The translations under genes were made by a program, and so were the position numbers. A DNA stretch of 64,000 nucleotides from Lama glama (lineage: Eukaryota): assembly GCA_028534125.1 (NCBI GenBank), contig CM052817.1:7070001-7134000 (forward strand). Reading direction: 5' to 3'. The notes below the pieces were generated by a model that saw only the letters and a program-made list of their open reading frames with translations, did not search any database and had not been told where the DNA came from. Shown here one piece after another: positions 1-11,697 of the stretch. Positions within the stretch are counted from its first letter, which is position 1, and each line of letters opens with the position of its first letter.

Positions 1-197
1 GGGAAAGGGCTAGGCAAGGGTACCTACCAAACACTTACAATTGTTTAATTCCACCGTGAATTTCACAGGAGATACACCCCCTTAGATACTAGAGACCTGC
101 TTTACCTTCTGCCTTTGTGAATAACGCCAGTTTCAGCTTAGAAGACCCACATAAACCCTCTCCTCAGGACTACAGCCTGAATCGTAGCTGTTTATAC

Positions 198-413
198 CGG
201 TGGTTCTCAGTGGGGGCAAATTTTGCCCCTCGAAGGACACTTAGCAAAGTCTGGAGACATTTTGCTTGTATAATTGTGGGGGGAGCATTGCTACTGGCAT
301 GTAGTAGATAGAGGCCAGGGCTGTTGGTAACCATCCAACAATGTACAGGATGGCCCCACCCCCATGACAAAAAATTATCCAGCCCAAGGTAGTGCCACGG
401 CTGAGGAATTCTG
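198..413 (+). mobile_element. MER20-type hAT-Charlie non-autonomous DNA transposon
   Basis: Follows the MER20 consensus end to end: CGGTGGTTCTCA...TTTTGCCCC...TCTGGAGACATTTT...GCTACTGGCAT...AGAGGCCAGGG...TTATCCAGCCCAA...GCTGAGGAATTCTG. Confidence 0.9.
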
Positions 414-664
414 CTCCATAAACCAAGCAAGTCTATCTTTATTTTATTGTTCCTCTGCTTCATTTTCAATAAATAATAGAAGAAATAGAGAACTAAGTAC
501 ATTTATTTTAATATAATTAACTTTTTCAGGAAATCACTTGTGACTAATTAGATAAATTCTAACCTACCAGACTATCTAGATGGTAAAACAATCCTTTCTC
601 CTGAGGACTGGCCTCTTGGTTGGTGAGCAGAGGAGCATCTTGAGGTAGATGTATTGATAACATA

Positions 665-1312
665 TGTTGTATTGAGCAATTGCCTCTGTACTCACTGTTC
701 TAAGTCTATTATCTCATTTAATTCTTAAAACAACCTTGTTTCAGTTACTACTGCTATGCACACTAAAAACTTGGAGGCCTTAACACAGCCATCTCATTTG
801 ATTCACCATGTTGTGATTTGTAATGAGGGATGGACTTCGTGTAGGAAAGGCTCGCCTCTGAGGTCACTCAGCTGTCGGCCGTGGTTATGGTCATATGAAA
901 ACTGAAACGGGCTGGACATTCAGGGTGGCTCACTTGCGTGGCTCACAGTTAACACAGGCTGTCAAACTGGAAGTACAGTTAAGAAGTTTAACAGAAAACA
1001 TACATGATGCTTCTCCGGGATGTTGGCTTCAGCATAGCTGGACTTCTTCCATGGTAGCCTGTTCCCCTAGAGCAAGTCCCCAAGAGGAACAGGAGGAAGC
1101 TTCATGTTCTTTTGACCTGGCCTCAGAAGTCATGTAGCATCACTTCTGTTCTGTTACGTTGGTTATAAACACCAACCTTGGCTCAGATTCCACGATGGTG
1201 GATATGGAACCTGCTTTTCAATGGAATGAGTGTCAAAGGACTTGTAGATTTATTTTAAAAGCACTGCAGGAGTATCGCTACCCTTTTACAAATGGAGAAC
1301 TTGAAAACCAGA
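665..1312 (-). mobile_element. MIR SINE split by an MLT1 LTR insertion (MIR pieces ~665-736 and ~1269-1312)
   Basis: ATTGAGCA...TTATCTCATTTAATTCTTAAAACAACC lies before the LTR and CCCTTTTACAAATGGAGAACTTGA after it. These are consecutive antisense MIR motifs. Confidence 0.65.
737..1268 (-). mobile_element. MLT1-type MaLR solo LTR
   Basis: TG...CA termini. Starts TGTTTCAGTTACTACTGCT, contains CCTCAGAAGTCATGTAGCATCACTTCTG and ends TTTTAAAAGCACTGCA, as in antisense MLT1. Confidence 0.8.
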
Positions 1313-1676
1313 ATAAGACACGGAGGCTTAAATCTAGCCCCTCCAGCCCATCTGAGATGCAGGCTCAGCACAGCCATTTCAGCCTCAGTAGCAGTTAAGC
1401 AGTTAGGATCCTTGAGGACCTGCACCCCACACCCTCTGAGACCCACTGACCCCACTGTGTTGGGTCTTGACCCACAGACTTTGTCTGGAGCATCTGATGA
1501 GTACCCTTGTGCCCTAATGGAAGAGGAGCTTGACTCTGAACTTCAACTTCTTTACCAGAGATTCTGAAAGTTAAAAATAACTTGCTAGTTTACCACCCTT
1601 GTCTGGTCCTATCTCTCCCTCTACAGAAAGCCACTGACTGGGAGTGTGCTGCAATCTGCACGAAAACAGTGAAATC

Positions 1677-2176
1677 NNNNNNNNNNNNNNNNNNNNNNNN
1701 NNNNNNNNNNNNNNNNNNNNNNNNNNNNNNNNNNNNNNNNNNNNNNNNNNNNNNNNNNNNNNNNNNNNNNNNNNNNNNNNNNNNNNNNNNNNNNNNNNNN
1801 NNNNNNNNNNNNNNNNNNNNNNNNNNNNNNNNNNNNNNNNNNNNNNNNNNNNNNNNNNNNNNNNNNNNNNNNNNNNNNNNNNNNNNNNNNNNNNNNNNNN
1901 NNNNNNNNNNNNNNNNNNNNNNNNNNNNNNNNNNNNNNNNNNNNNNNNNNNNNNNNNNNNNNNNNNNNNNNNNNNNNNNNNNNNNNNNNNNNNNNNNNNN
2001 NNNNNNNNNNNNNNNNNNNNNNNNNNNNNNNNNNNNNNNNNNNNNNNNNNNNNNNNNNNNNNNNNNNNNNNNNNNNNNNNNNNNNNNNNNNNNNNNNNNN
2101 NNNNNNNNNNNNNNNNNNNNNNNNNNNNNNNNNNNNNNNNNNNNNNNNNNNNNNNNNNNNNNNNNNNNNNNNNNNN
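1677..2176. other. Assembly gap (500 N)
   Basis: Run of exactly 500 N, probably a placeholder length. Confidence 1.
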
Positions 2177-3290
2177 TGCCAAGTGAGTAATACGGGATTC
2201 CACGTGTCCCTTAATGACTAGCCCACAACCCTCCACGACTCTCCATCCTGTCTCACCACCCCACCCCATGCCACTTTTACTTTCTTCTATGTGCCCCCCA
2301 ACACATCCTGCAGCCTAGCTTGTCCCTTAATATTAATGTTGAAATAATAACAACAATAATGAAGGCTTATTGAACACTTACCTTAACAAACGTCATTTTT
2401 TTTTTGATGTAGTAACCTCATTTCTTCTTTCGCAAAAGTCCAATGAGTACTAACAACATTCTCCATTAACAGATGAGTGCTCTGAAGTGCAGCGTGCTTG
2501 ATCAGCTTTTCCAGGTTCCCAACTCCAGGAAACCTAGCAACGAATGCAAGCAGAGGAGGGGCTTGGAGGGAGCTTTGGCTCTCAATGCATCCTGTCGTAT
2601 CGCCACGTTTCTCTTTGGCCATGAGAATTAAACAAACAAAATGCAGTTCTGAGACTCTTGCCTCGGGGCAAGAAATGGGAAATATTCGAATCCCATACAT
2701 TGACTTTCATTGGGGAAAATATAAGGCTAAAAGAAAGAGTGAACCCTATTTCATGTAGACATTTTTCTGTGTGAAAATGCAAGCCCCCCAGGAGATCAAA
2801 GGCTGAAAGTCTCCACTCAAGTAAGCATGAGCCACAGGAAATCAAGAGAGAAGCAACGGCTTAGGGAATTAATGTTAACACACACGCGTTCAGCACACAT
2901 GCACTGGGAGGTGAGGCTAATTCTCTAAAATAAGTAACATATATGAAGCTAAAGAAGACTGAGGGAGCATTATAGTTTCTATTGCTTAAAGAGATTTTTT
3001 AAACAATCAGAACAGCATGAAACTAGAAAGAGCAAAAATCACACCAGACATTATTCTGAAACATTATCTCTGTGGGACAAAGAAATTAGCATTGTGAAGA
3101 GCATTGGGTAAAATGCATGGAATGTACTTATTTCTTGCCTACATCAGTCTGATTACTGTTGTCTGTAAGATAGATCCTAATGTTGAAATAGCTCAAGAAT
3201 ACCGACGGCGAGGATGCTCTCCTGCAAGACAATTTTGTAGAAAACTAAATGGTGTTCCATTAAGGGCCAAAGTTACTTGAAAAATAAAAA

Positions 3291-6091
3291 AAGTATAGTT
3301 AGTTACAATGTGTCAATTTCTGGAGTACAGCACAATGTTTCAGTTGTACATATGCATAGACATACATCCGTATATTTGCTTTCATATTCTTTTTCATTTC
3401 AGGTTACTACAAGATATTGAATATAGTTTCCTGTGCTATACAGAAAAAAATTGTTTTTTGGCTATTTTATATAAAGTAGTTGGTGACTTTAAATCTTGAA
3501 CTCTCAATTTATCCCTTCCCACCCCTTTTCCCCCCATTAACCATAAGTTTGTTTACTATGTGAGTCTGTTTCTGTTTTGTAGATAGTTCATTATTGTCTT
3601 CTTTTACCTTTCTTTCTTTTTTTTTTTCAGATTCTACATATGAATGATATCATATGGCATTTTTCTTTCTCTTTCTGGCTTACTTCACTTAGAATGACAT
3701 TCTCCAGGAACATCCATGTTGTTGCAAATGGCATATGTTGTCAGTTTTTGTAACTGAATATTATTCCATTGTATAAACACACCACATCTTCTTTATTCAG
3801 TCATCTATTGATGGACATTTAGGCTGTTTCCATGTCTTGGCTATTGTAAATAGTGCTGCTATGAACATTGGGGTGCAGGTATCATTTTGAAGTAGGGTTC
3901 CTTCTGGATATATGCCCAGGAGTGGGATTCCTGGGTCATACAGTTAGTCTATTCCTAGTCTTTTGAGGAATCTCTATACTGTTTTCCACAGTGGCTTTCC
4001 TTGCTTCCCTCTCCCACTCTTAATGATTTAGATGTCTTCTTTTACAATTTTGTGTTTATTCTATTTGTAATTCATGGTAGTTTTCACCTTTCCAGTTACG
4101 AGTTTCTCATTTCTGTAGCATCCTGCTTCTTTTGTATTTAGAGTAGACCTGTCAATATTTCTTTTAGCATGGGTTTAGTATTGCTAAAGTCTTGTAGTTT
4201 TTGCTTGAATTTCTGTATCTCTCCTTCTATCCTAAAGGATAGCCTTGCTGTATAGAGTATCCTGGGCTTCATCTTTTTTTCATTCAGGACTTTCAATGTA
4301 TCTTGCCACTCCCTTCTGGCCTATAGTGTCTGTGTAGAGAAATCAGCTGAGAGCCTTATGAGGGTTCCCTTGTAACTCACTCTTTGTTTTTCTCTTGCTA
4401 TCTTTAGGATCATTTCTTTATCCTTGACTCTGGCCATCTTGATTATGATATGTCTTGGTGTGGGTCTGTTTGGGACACTCTGGGCCTCCTGTACTTGGAT
4501 AACTGATTCCTTCTTTAAGTTTGGGAAATTTTCAGTCATGATTTCTTCAAATACCTTTTCAATCCCCTTTGTTCTTTCTTCCCGTTCTGAAACCCCTATT
4601 ATGTGTAGACTGGCACACTTTATATTATCCCATAGGTCCCTTATATTGTTTTCATTGTTTTTTATTTGTTTTTCTCTCAGCTGTTCTGATTGGGTGCTTT
4701 CTGGTGTCCTGTCTTCTAGGTCACTTATTCGTTCCTCTGCACTATCTAGCCTGGTTTGCACAGTCTTTAGGTCAGCTCTCATCTCAGCAGATGAGTTTAC
4801 TAATTCTACTTGGTTCTTCTTTATAGCGTCTATTTCATTTTTGACACATTTTATATCTCTAAACACTATTTCTTTTAGTTCCTTCAGTACTTTGATCAGT
4901 CCTTTTTTGAAATCTTGATCTAGTAGGCCATCGATGTCTATTTCCTTGATTGTGCTTTCAGGGGATTTCTCTTGATCTTTTAATTGGGAGTGGTCCCTCT
5001 GCTTCTTCATATTGCTCATATCTCTCTGGCACTGTGGCCAGTGGGTGGGCGGGTCACTCCCCCTCCTGATGCTGCAGTCAGATGCTGCACTTGGGCAAGG
5101 CAAGTGGGTGTTGCTACGTTCCTGCCAGGAAGGTGGATGTCTGCACACCCTCTCTAGGCATTTGTCACTCCGCTGCTCTGTGCAGCTGTCTGCTCTGCCT
5201 CTGGTTGGCGCTCTGTAGGTGGGCTCAGGGAAGATCTTGGAATGGCCCCGCCCTTGCTTTGTGCCAAATCTCAGCTCCTTCTTTGTCTTGGCAGCACAAG
5301 TTCTCTGAGGTGCCAGGGCAGAAAGATCCTAACTGCCATGGGCTGTAAACAAGTCTCAACCCTGCCTAGGAGGTTGTGGAGGCCCCTGGTGTGGATTCAG
5401 GTCTTGGCCCCACCCCTGCTGCACACAGGAGATGGGGCTGTGGCTGGGCCCCACCTCTCTTCTTGTGAGAAGTCTGAGGAGACAAAGGCTATGATGCCCC
5501 TCCCCCCCAGGGCACACCAGCCTTGTTGCTTTGCATTTTTTGCAATTTATGGGGGACCAAGGTTGTTCTACTCCGTATCCCCTCCCAGCCATGGCATGCA
5601 GCACCCTGCAGTCCCCTGGGGCTGCCTCAGTGCAGCCGCCCCAGTCTTCCCCACCCAACTGGAGCGGCCTGTCCTAGCCCCAGCCGCCAGCTCGCATCTC
5701 TGGCTGGGTGTTGCAGGGACCCTTTGTGCCCATTTAACTTAGTTCTGTTAGTCAAGGGGTGCTCAGGGCAAATTTGAGCCTCGGAGACTCCCCCTTCATC
5801 CCGTTGGCCTCTCCATTGGAGGGGGGAGACCCAGCAAATGAGCGCTATTCCTCCCTTGCCTCACCCTCCCCACAGGACAGGTCCTGCACTGTTTTGTTTT
5901 TTCTTCTTTCTGTTTTCCTTTTCTCCTACCAGATTTTTGGTGTCTTTGTCTTTCAAAGAAGGCAATGTTCTGTCGGAGTTCGCCAGGTGCTCTGGTTGGC
6001 TGAGTGGGTTCGTAGATGTGAGTTTTGGTGTATTTGTGGGAGAGGGGGAGCTACAAGCATCCTTCTACTCCTCCATCTTGCTTCTCCACTC
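3291..6091 (-). mobile_element. Internally deleted LINE-1 (HAL1-like, ORF1-only): 5'UTR + ORF1 + spacer + terminal ORF2/3'UTR
   Basis: On the minus strand: 5' end with CAAGATGGAGGAGTAG (~6080), GC-rich 5'UTR 6091-5020, ORF1 5019-4138 and a ~140-bp spacer. It then joins abruptly at ~3996 to ORF2 'PLWKTV' and the L1 3'UTR. EN, RT and CCHC regions are absent. Confidence 0.9.
4138..5019 (-). pseudogene. L1 ORF1: LINE-1 ORF1p (coiled coil-RRM-CTD RNA-binding protein) with one premature stop
   Basis: MSNMKKQ...EERISDLED...IRDLWDNIK...IIGVSE...FEEIMTENFPNL...TPRHIIIKM...AREK...IRLSADFS, then TAG at 4321-4323. The same frame continues ARREWQDTLKVL...PRILYTARLSF...LKEILTGLL to TAA at 4138-4140 (294 codons, no frameshift). 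Confidence 0.95.
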
Positions 6092-6212
6092 TGGTAATTC
6101 TATTGTTATATTTTTGAGGAATCGTCATACTGTTTTCCACAATGACTGCACCAAACTGCATTCCCACCAGCAGTACAGGAGAGTTCCTTTTTCTCTGCAC
6201 CCTCTTCAGCAG
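6092..6212 (-). mobile_element. Short L1 ORF2 C-terminal (zinc-knuckle region) fragment abutting the half-L1 5' end
   Basis: TTTTTGAGGAATC...TACTGTTTTCCACAATGACTGCACCAAACTGCATTCCCACCAGCAGT, homologous to 60500-60600 and partly to 3948-3996. Confidence 0.85.
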
Positions 6213-6779
6213 CTGTTTTTAACAGGGTTTTATTTGTCACTTGAGAAAAATAATTCTAGTTATTAATTTTATTCTTTTAGCATACAATTCCAATTCTATT
6301 TAATGGGATCTCCAATTCTGTATAATATTTGGGTATTTAGTGTCCAGCCTCCAGGAATGAATGCAGAAAGAACATTCTCTTTTCTGCCCAGGTCCCATAG
6401 TGGTAAAGCAGGGGGCAGATGCCCTGGCTTTATTCAATCTCTGTCTCTACCTTTGCTCTTATAGCCAGAGGTACAAAGATGAGAGATTCATATGGGGTGG
6501 TTAGAGAATTGTTCATTTACTTTCCAAGTTTCTGTGCCCACTCATTGCAGAAATATGCATTGCAAAGTTCCATTCGGTCTAAAACTTTTTGGCTAAAAAC
6601 AGTTAGTTATTAGATTTCCTACTTCTTGCTTTCCTATAGCTGATTTTTTTGCTTTTATCATCCTCCAAGTCTGTTCACCAATCTTTGAGTCAATCAGTCC
6701 ATACTTTGGATTAAAAATGCCATATTTTATTTCTGTGGCCTTTATTCCCAACTAGTGAGTGTTCTAGAAGTAAATATCC

Positions 6780-8440
6780 ATGGTGTAAAAATTTTATTGT
6801 ATGAGAAGTTCAACAAAACCAACTGAGTAACTTTTCCTCCCATTGTTGACTTACTAGTTTTCTTATTCAGGGGCAACCACTGTTAGTATTTATGCCTAAG
6901 GAATATTTGCTACCTTTGCTTTTTATTTTCCTGTAGCCTTTCCAGTTACGAATTTTCTCATCATGTGCTTTGGTGGTGCAATGAGTTGTTTGCCCAAGAG
7001 TGAGCAGATGACACAGATTGTCCAATAGATACTGATATGCACACTCACAAACATTTAAAAAATCAGAAATTTACCCATTATTCTACTCCTTCCTTTTTTT
7101 CTTACAACAAAATATTCTGGATGTGACTCCATAGCAGCACATATGGACTTCACTCTCTCCTTTTCACAGTTGCATAGTATCTGTTACATGGATGTGCTTT
7201 CCATTGTGTGGCCTTTTACCAATGACAATTTAGGATTTTTCTAGTATTCTGATATATTTTGATAGAGCACCAAATGAAGAGCACCACTAATTGACTCATC
7301 TTCAAAAATGAGAAAAATCAGTTCCTTTCATCATCATCAATATTATGCATTATTGTAACTCTTATCTATAAATCTGTACATATCATTATTATTTTAACTT
7401 TTCAATTTTTTTTTACTCTTTTTAATGAGTGAATTGGAATATTTTTTCATATAAGCATCCTTTTAAATTGTTTTTTCTTATTGTCTGGTTTTTGCTTTGC
7501 ATATCCTTCTATTGGGTTATCATTATTTTGTTAATTGGCATATAGGTTCTTTATTTAGTAAGAAATTCATCCCAATGCATGTTCTAGCTGTGGCAAAAAC
7601 ACGTTTTCAGATTGTTGTTTGCCATTTGGCTCTGTTTTTGTAGTTCATTTTTTTCTATGAAGAAATGTATTTAAATTTTTTCATATTTAACATATCAAAA
7701 GATTTCCTTGCTGAATTCTGAATTTTATGCCTTGCATGTAAGCCCCCTATAGTTTTATGCATTTTCTACTATTACTATTAATGATTACATTATTTGTTGA
7801 ACTATTTTATTCATCTGGAATTTATTTTGATATAAGCCATGAGGCAGGGATCCAAGTTTTTATTTTAATTGAGAAGTCAAATGATTTATTGGATACTCCA
7901 TCTTTTCACCATGTATTAGCAACTCTACTTTTGTCTTATAATACATATACAGATTTTATGAGTATATATTTGGACACTTTTTTCTCACATTGAGTTCTTC
8001 ATCAATTTGTATTCAAGCATCAAGCTAATTTATTGTATGTTATTTCATTATGTGCTAGGATTAGACACTAAACTTTCTTCTTTAATACTTTAAATTACGT
8101 TGGTTATATTTCTTGAGAAGTTTGATAGATCAGTTTATTATATTGCTTGGGTTTAGTCCTCTGTCAGATTGTTTTTTGTTTTTTTGTTTTCCTTTTCTTG
8201 AGAACTTTCCAATTTATTTAGCATAATGGGTCTGCTTACATTTTCTTTTACTTCTCATTTATATTTTCTAGGAAAATTACCCTTTTCCTCAGGCTTTCTC
8301 CTTAATTTGCATAGATTTGATTAAACTAGTCAAACAGCTTATTCTATAGCTGTGTTTATTTCTTGATTTTCATTTGTAATTTTGTGTATTTATAACTTAT
8401 TATCTTAATTAGCTTACTCCATATGTTTTCCCAAAGAAGC
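6780..8440 (-). mobile_element. Highly decayed ancient L1M (L1ME-like) fragments
   Basis: T-rich, with residual antisense L1 motifs (GGCAACCACTGTTA; TTGCATAGTAT; TTCATCTGGAATTTATTTTGATATAAG...GAGGCAGGGATCCAAGTTT). Confidence 0.6.
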
Positions 8441-8449
8441 ACTTAGCAG

Positions 8450-8745
8450 ACACTGGCTTAACTGCCTTAGGCTGGATATTTATTTCTTTAGCTAATGTTT
8501 TTAATCTGAACTCTGTGGCCTGCTTGGCCACCCGTTTGATCAGCCAGAAATACTAAAGAATTATCTTCCTTGAGACCAGCCCTAAACCAATAACTGAGAG
8601 TAACTGGTGTATAAATGCCTCAGCTCCCTTGCTCTCTGCAGGGAGAGGGGGAGATAACTCAAGAGTTGTGTTCTACATTGTTCTCTCTTACTAGGCTTTT
8701 CTCCACCTTCTGACTAAACTATTAGCATTTGATGTTTTGTGTCAA
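8450..8745 (+). mobile_element. LTR16-type ERVL LTR remnant
   Basis: CAGCCCTAAACCAATAACTGA...GGTGTATAAATGCCTCAGCTCCCTTG...GATAACTC...GTGTTCTACATTG resembles the LTR16 core. Confidence 0.7.
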
Positions 8746-8799
8746 GGGTTGTCAGACTCTTTACTGTCAGTAGTCAACACTCTGAGTAGGGAGATTTTA

Positions 8800-9930
8800 G
8801 GGGTACACAACAGCAACCCTGGTAATCATTACCTTATTATGTCTTCTTTATCCTCTGCTCTTTTTTTAATAACTTTATCATATAATTTCCTATTCTTAAA
8901 CAATGTATTTACTGCTTCATGTGTTTGAACTTTATGTAAATAAGATTATATATTTTGTTTTCTATTATATCTTGTTTTATTGCTGAACATTTTGTTCTTG
9001 ACATTCATCAATGTTACTGTTTTATTTTCATAGATAATTCTATTGAATGACTATATCATAATGTATTTTTTTGTTGTTGATGGTCATGTAAGTTGTTTCT
9101 ACTTTACTGACTAATTCATTTATTTTGTGCCATCTGTCTTGCTAGAATTATCTCATGATTGTGTCACTAGGTGTCTAATAAATGTTTATTATATTTATAT
9201 CTAAATGTTTACTAGTGTATTAAATCAGTTTGTGAAGGTGAAGTTATGCTGCAGTAATAACATCCAAATCTCAACAACTTACATCCAAAGTCTTTTGCTT
9301 TCCTTTAGGTGAGGTTGACTGTGACTCTACTCTGAATCACCTTTCCTCCAAGACCCAGGCTAATAGAGTTGGAGGAGCTCCTGTTTCAAACATTGCCACT
9401 CTCACAGCAGAGCAAAACTAAAATGATATTCAACATGTTGGCACTTAAAGCTTCTATTTAAAAATGACACACGGCCGTTCTGCTCATGTTCCATTGGTCA
9501 AAGTTTATCACTTGGTGAAGCCTGACATTAAAATGTCGGGAAGTAATATCCTGCCCCAGGAGGCATTTTATTTTGCATTTTCCTGGGTAGTAAAGAACTG
9601 AAGGATGTTCCAATGGTTTATTACACATTTCGTTTCCCTCTCCATGAAATCCCTGTATAGCCCTTTGCTTGTTTTTCTCTTCAATTTTGTTGTTGATTTA
9701 ACATTATTGATTTATAGAAATTGGCCATTGTTGTTCCCAACTGAAAGTTTTATGTGGCGCAAAATTTCCTTTTCAAGATTGTGGTTTATATTTTCATTTT
9801 CTTCATAGTATTGTTAGATACCACACACAGCAATTCTTTATTTAATATGGTTTAATTCATCAAAACAAAAGTTTCCATTACTTGTGTTTTATGTGTTATG
9901 TTTAGAAAAGCATTACCTTCCTCAAAACTT
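8800..9930 (-). mobile_element. Decayed L1ME-like 3' fragments interrupted by an MLT1 LTR
   Basis: TTTGAACTTTATGTAAAT...TTCATCAATGTT...TATTGAATGACTATATCATAAT...GTTGATGG before the LTR; antisense ORF2-like sequence resumes at 9565-9930. Confidence 0.6.
9216..9562 (-). mobile_element. MLT1 (K/L-like) MaLR LTR
   Basis: GTTATGCTGCAGTAATAACATCCAAATCTCA...ACCCAGGCTAATAGAG...CTTAAAGCTTCT...TCTGCTCATGTTCCATTGGTCAAAG...AAGCCTGAC. Confidence 0.75.
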
Positions 9931-9934
9931 GTTA

Positions 9935-11340
9935 GCCAGCATGATGGACAGATTATATTCCCGGAAGGATCACCCAACACAAAACAATTGATGTCTGAAT
10001 CAACATACATGGCAATGAATTACTAAATTCAAAGCAGGTAAAATAAATCTCAAAAGTATCCTACCAAAACAAAAGAAAGTAGGACAAGAACAGAAAACAA
10101 GTTGAAACCAAAGTAACAAAAGAGGATGTAGAATTTTCCTTGATAATAAAAGATAATCACAGCACAGCAATCTCTCAGGCAGCTGCAAGATGGGTGAGCT
10201 GTAGCCGAAACTCCTAATTAAACTTGGAAAGATTGGCACTCAGCCCCTTTCCCCATTTTGATGATGACAAGAATAAAACCTGGGGGAAGAGTGTAAATTT
10301 CCATGCCATGGGCAAAAAATTAGAACCAGATCTTAAAGGCAAACCCCAAATAGTCCCATTTCTTAAAGAAACTTCAGACACAGAAATGAATCAAAACTCT
10401 GGAGAAAAGCATTCCAGACTTCAGCACATAAGGTTCCCATAGATGAAAATCAAGCAAATTTGAGTTTACAGCCAAAGATCATCAAAGTTCTTAATATGAA
10501 CTTTTCATCCATGAATAAAAGGTAATATAACTAACAAGCAGCATGTTTTGTTTCCTTGGTACTTCAACTTATTGAGATTGTCATACTTAAAATAGAGAAT
10601 GATCATACATGAAGTATTAAGTAAGTAAAATATCCAGGCACGAGAGAGTTCCTTAAAAGTAACCAGGCAGGACTTCATCTTCCAGGTGAAATGAAGTTAC
10701 CTGCAGACTATGGTCACTCCTGCCTAGAACTAGAAAAATCAGTAAAATCCTGTAAAATGCAGAAAATGTCTGTTTGAAGGCAGCAGAAATGTTAGGAGGC
10801 AATGAGAACTGAGGAGACTAAGTTTCAAGAGGATGGGGGAGTGTTGAATAAACGAGTTGACTCGAGCAGACATTCTCTGGAGAATCTCTTGATTCTGAAC
10901 TTGGAAAAGGGAGATGCAGTCTGGGCTTTGCACTCACCAAGGTCTACTGCTGGGGGAGAGAGACACCAGTGGAGTTTTTTCGTAGTGGATTTAGAATGTC
11001 TAAAAGATATGGCTTGTTTTTCTTAAGTAAATTCGGGAGTCGTGTATGGTTGTAGGGTGGGTGGTGGGGCTGAAAGGTTTGTAAAAATCACAGCGGACAT
11101 TTTTGGAAGGATCTTGAAGTGAACAACTAGATTCAAGGCAAATCCGATGTAGAATTAGCCCATCGACCTTAAGTCAGCAGTCTCTGGTGGGACTGAAGTA
11201 ACCAGCCCTGATGTGTTTCCCCAGCAGAGTAAAGGGTAACATTTTTTGGAGGAAGAGATCATCATCTAAAGCTTTTGCAAGTATTTATGAAAGGAGAGAC
11301 CAGGTGATACAAAATAACCCATTTAGAGAAGGCAATTCGC
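9935..11340 (+). mobile_element. Probable ancient L1 5'-region remnants
   Basis: A-rich plus strand. GGACTTCATCTTCCAGG...TGTCTGTTTGAAGGCA at ~10670-10790 resembles old L1M 5' termini. Very degraded. Confidence 0.4.
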
Positions 11341-11496
11341 AGATCAGTCAAGAAAGCCTAAGCACCTGATGAGAGAATAGCTTGCCTTATGTTTTATGCT
11401 TTTGTTGTTGTTTTATTTCTTCCGTGTGCATGGTTTCTGTGTGGGACATATGGGATTGCTACCAGGCACAAGGCATCCACAAAATGTAATATTTTT

Positions 11497-11697
11497 CATT
11501 TATTAAGCATTTACTAGGTTGAATGTTCATAGTTATTTTATTCTTTAATCCTCTCTAAAGTCCAAGAAAAGCAGGTTAGCACTCAGCCCTTCCTCCTTCA
11601 TCTTAAAGACGGTGAGAGTGAAAGCTGAGGAAAGAACAAAACTCCCCACAGCGCACACACAGGATTAGAACCAGATCTTTCTGAATTCAAATCTGAT
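11497..11697 (-). mobile_element. MIR SINE
   Basis: CATTTATTAAGCATTTACTA...TTTAATCCTC...AGGATTAGAACCAGATCTTTCTGAATTCAAATC. Confidence 0.75.

Noticed and set aside
1320..1570. Possible MER5-like remnant
   Set aside because: Similarity too weak to call by eye.
1571..2269. Long ORFs across the first gap (and 23341-24046 across the second)
   Set aside because: Artefacts of translating N runs.
4424..6266. Plus-strand ORFs of 68-166 aa over the half-L1
   Set aside because: Antisense frames of L1 ORF1 and the GC-rich 5'UTR, with no recognisable domain.
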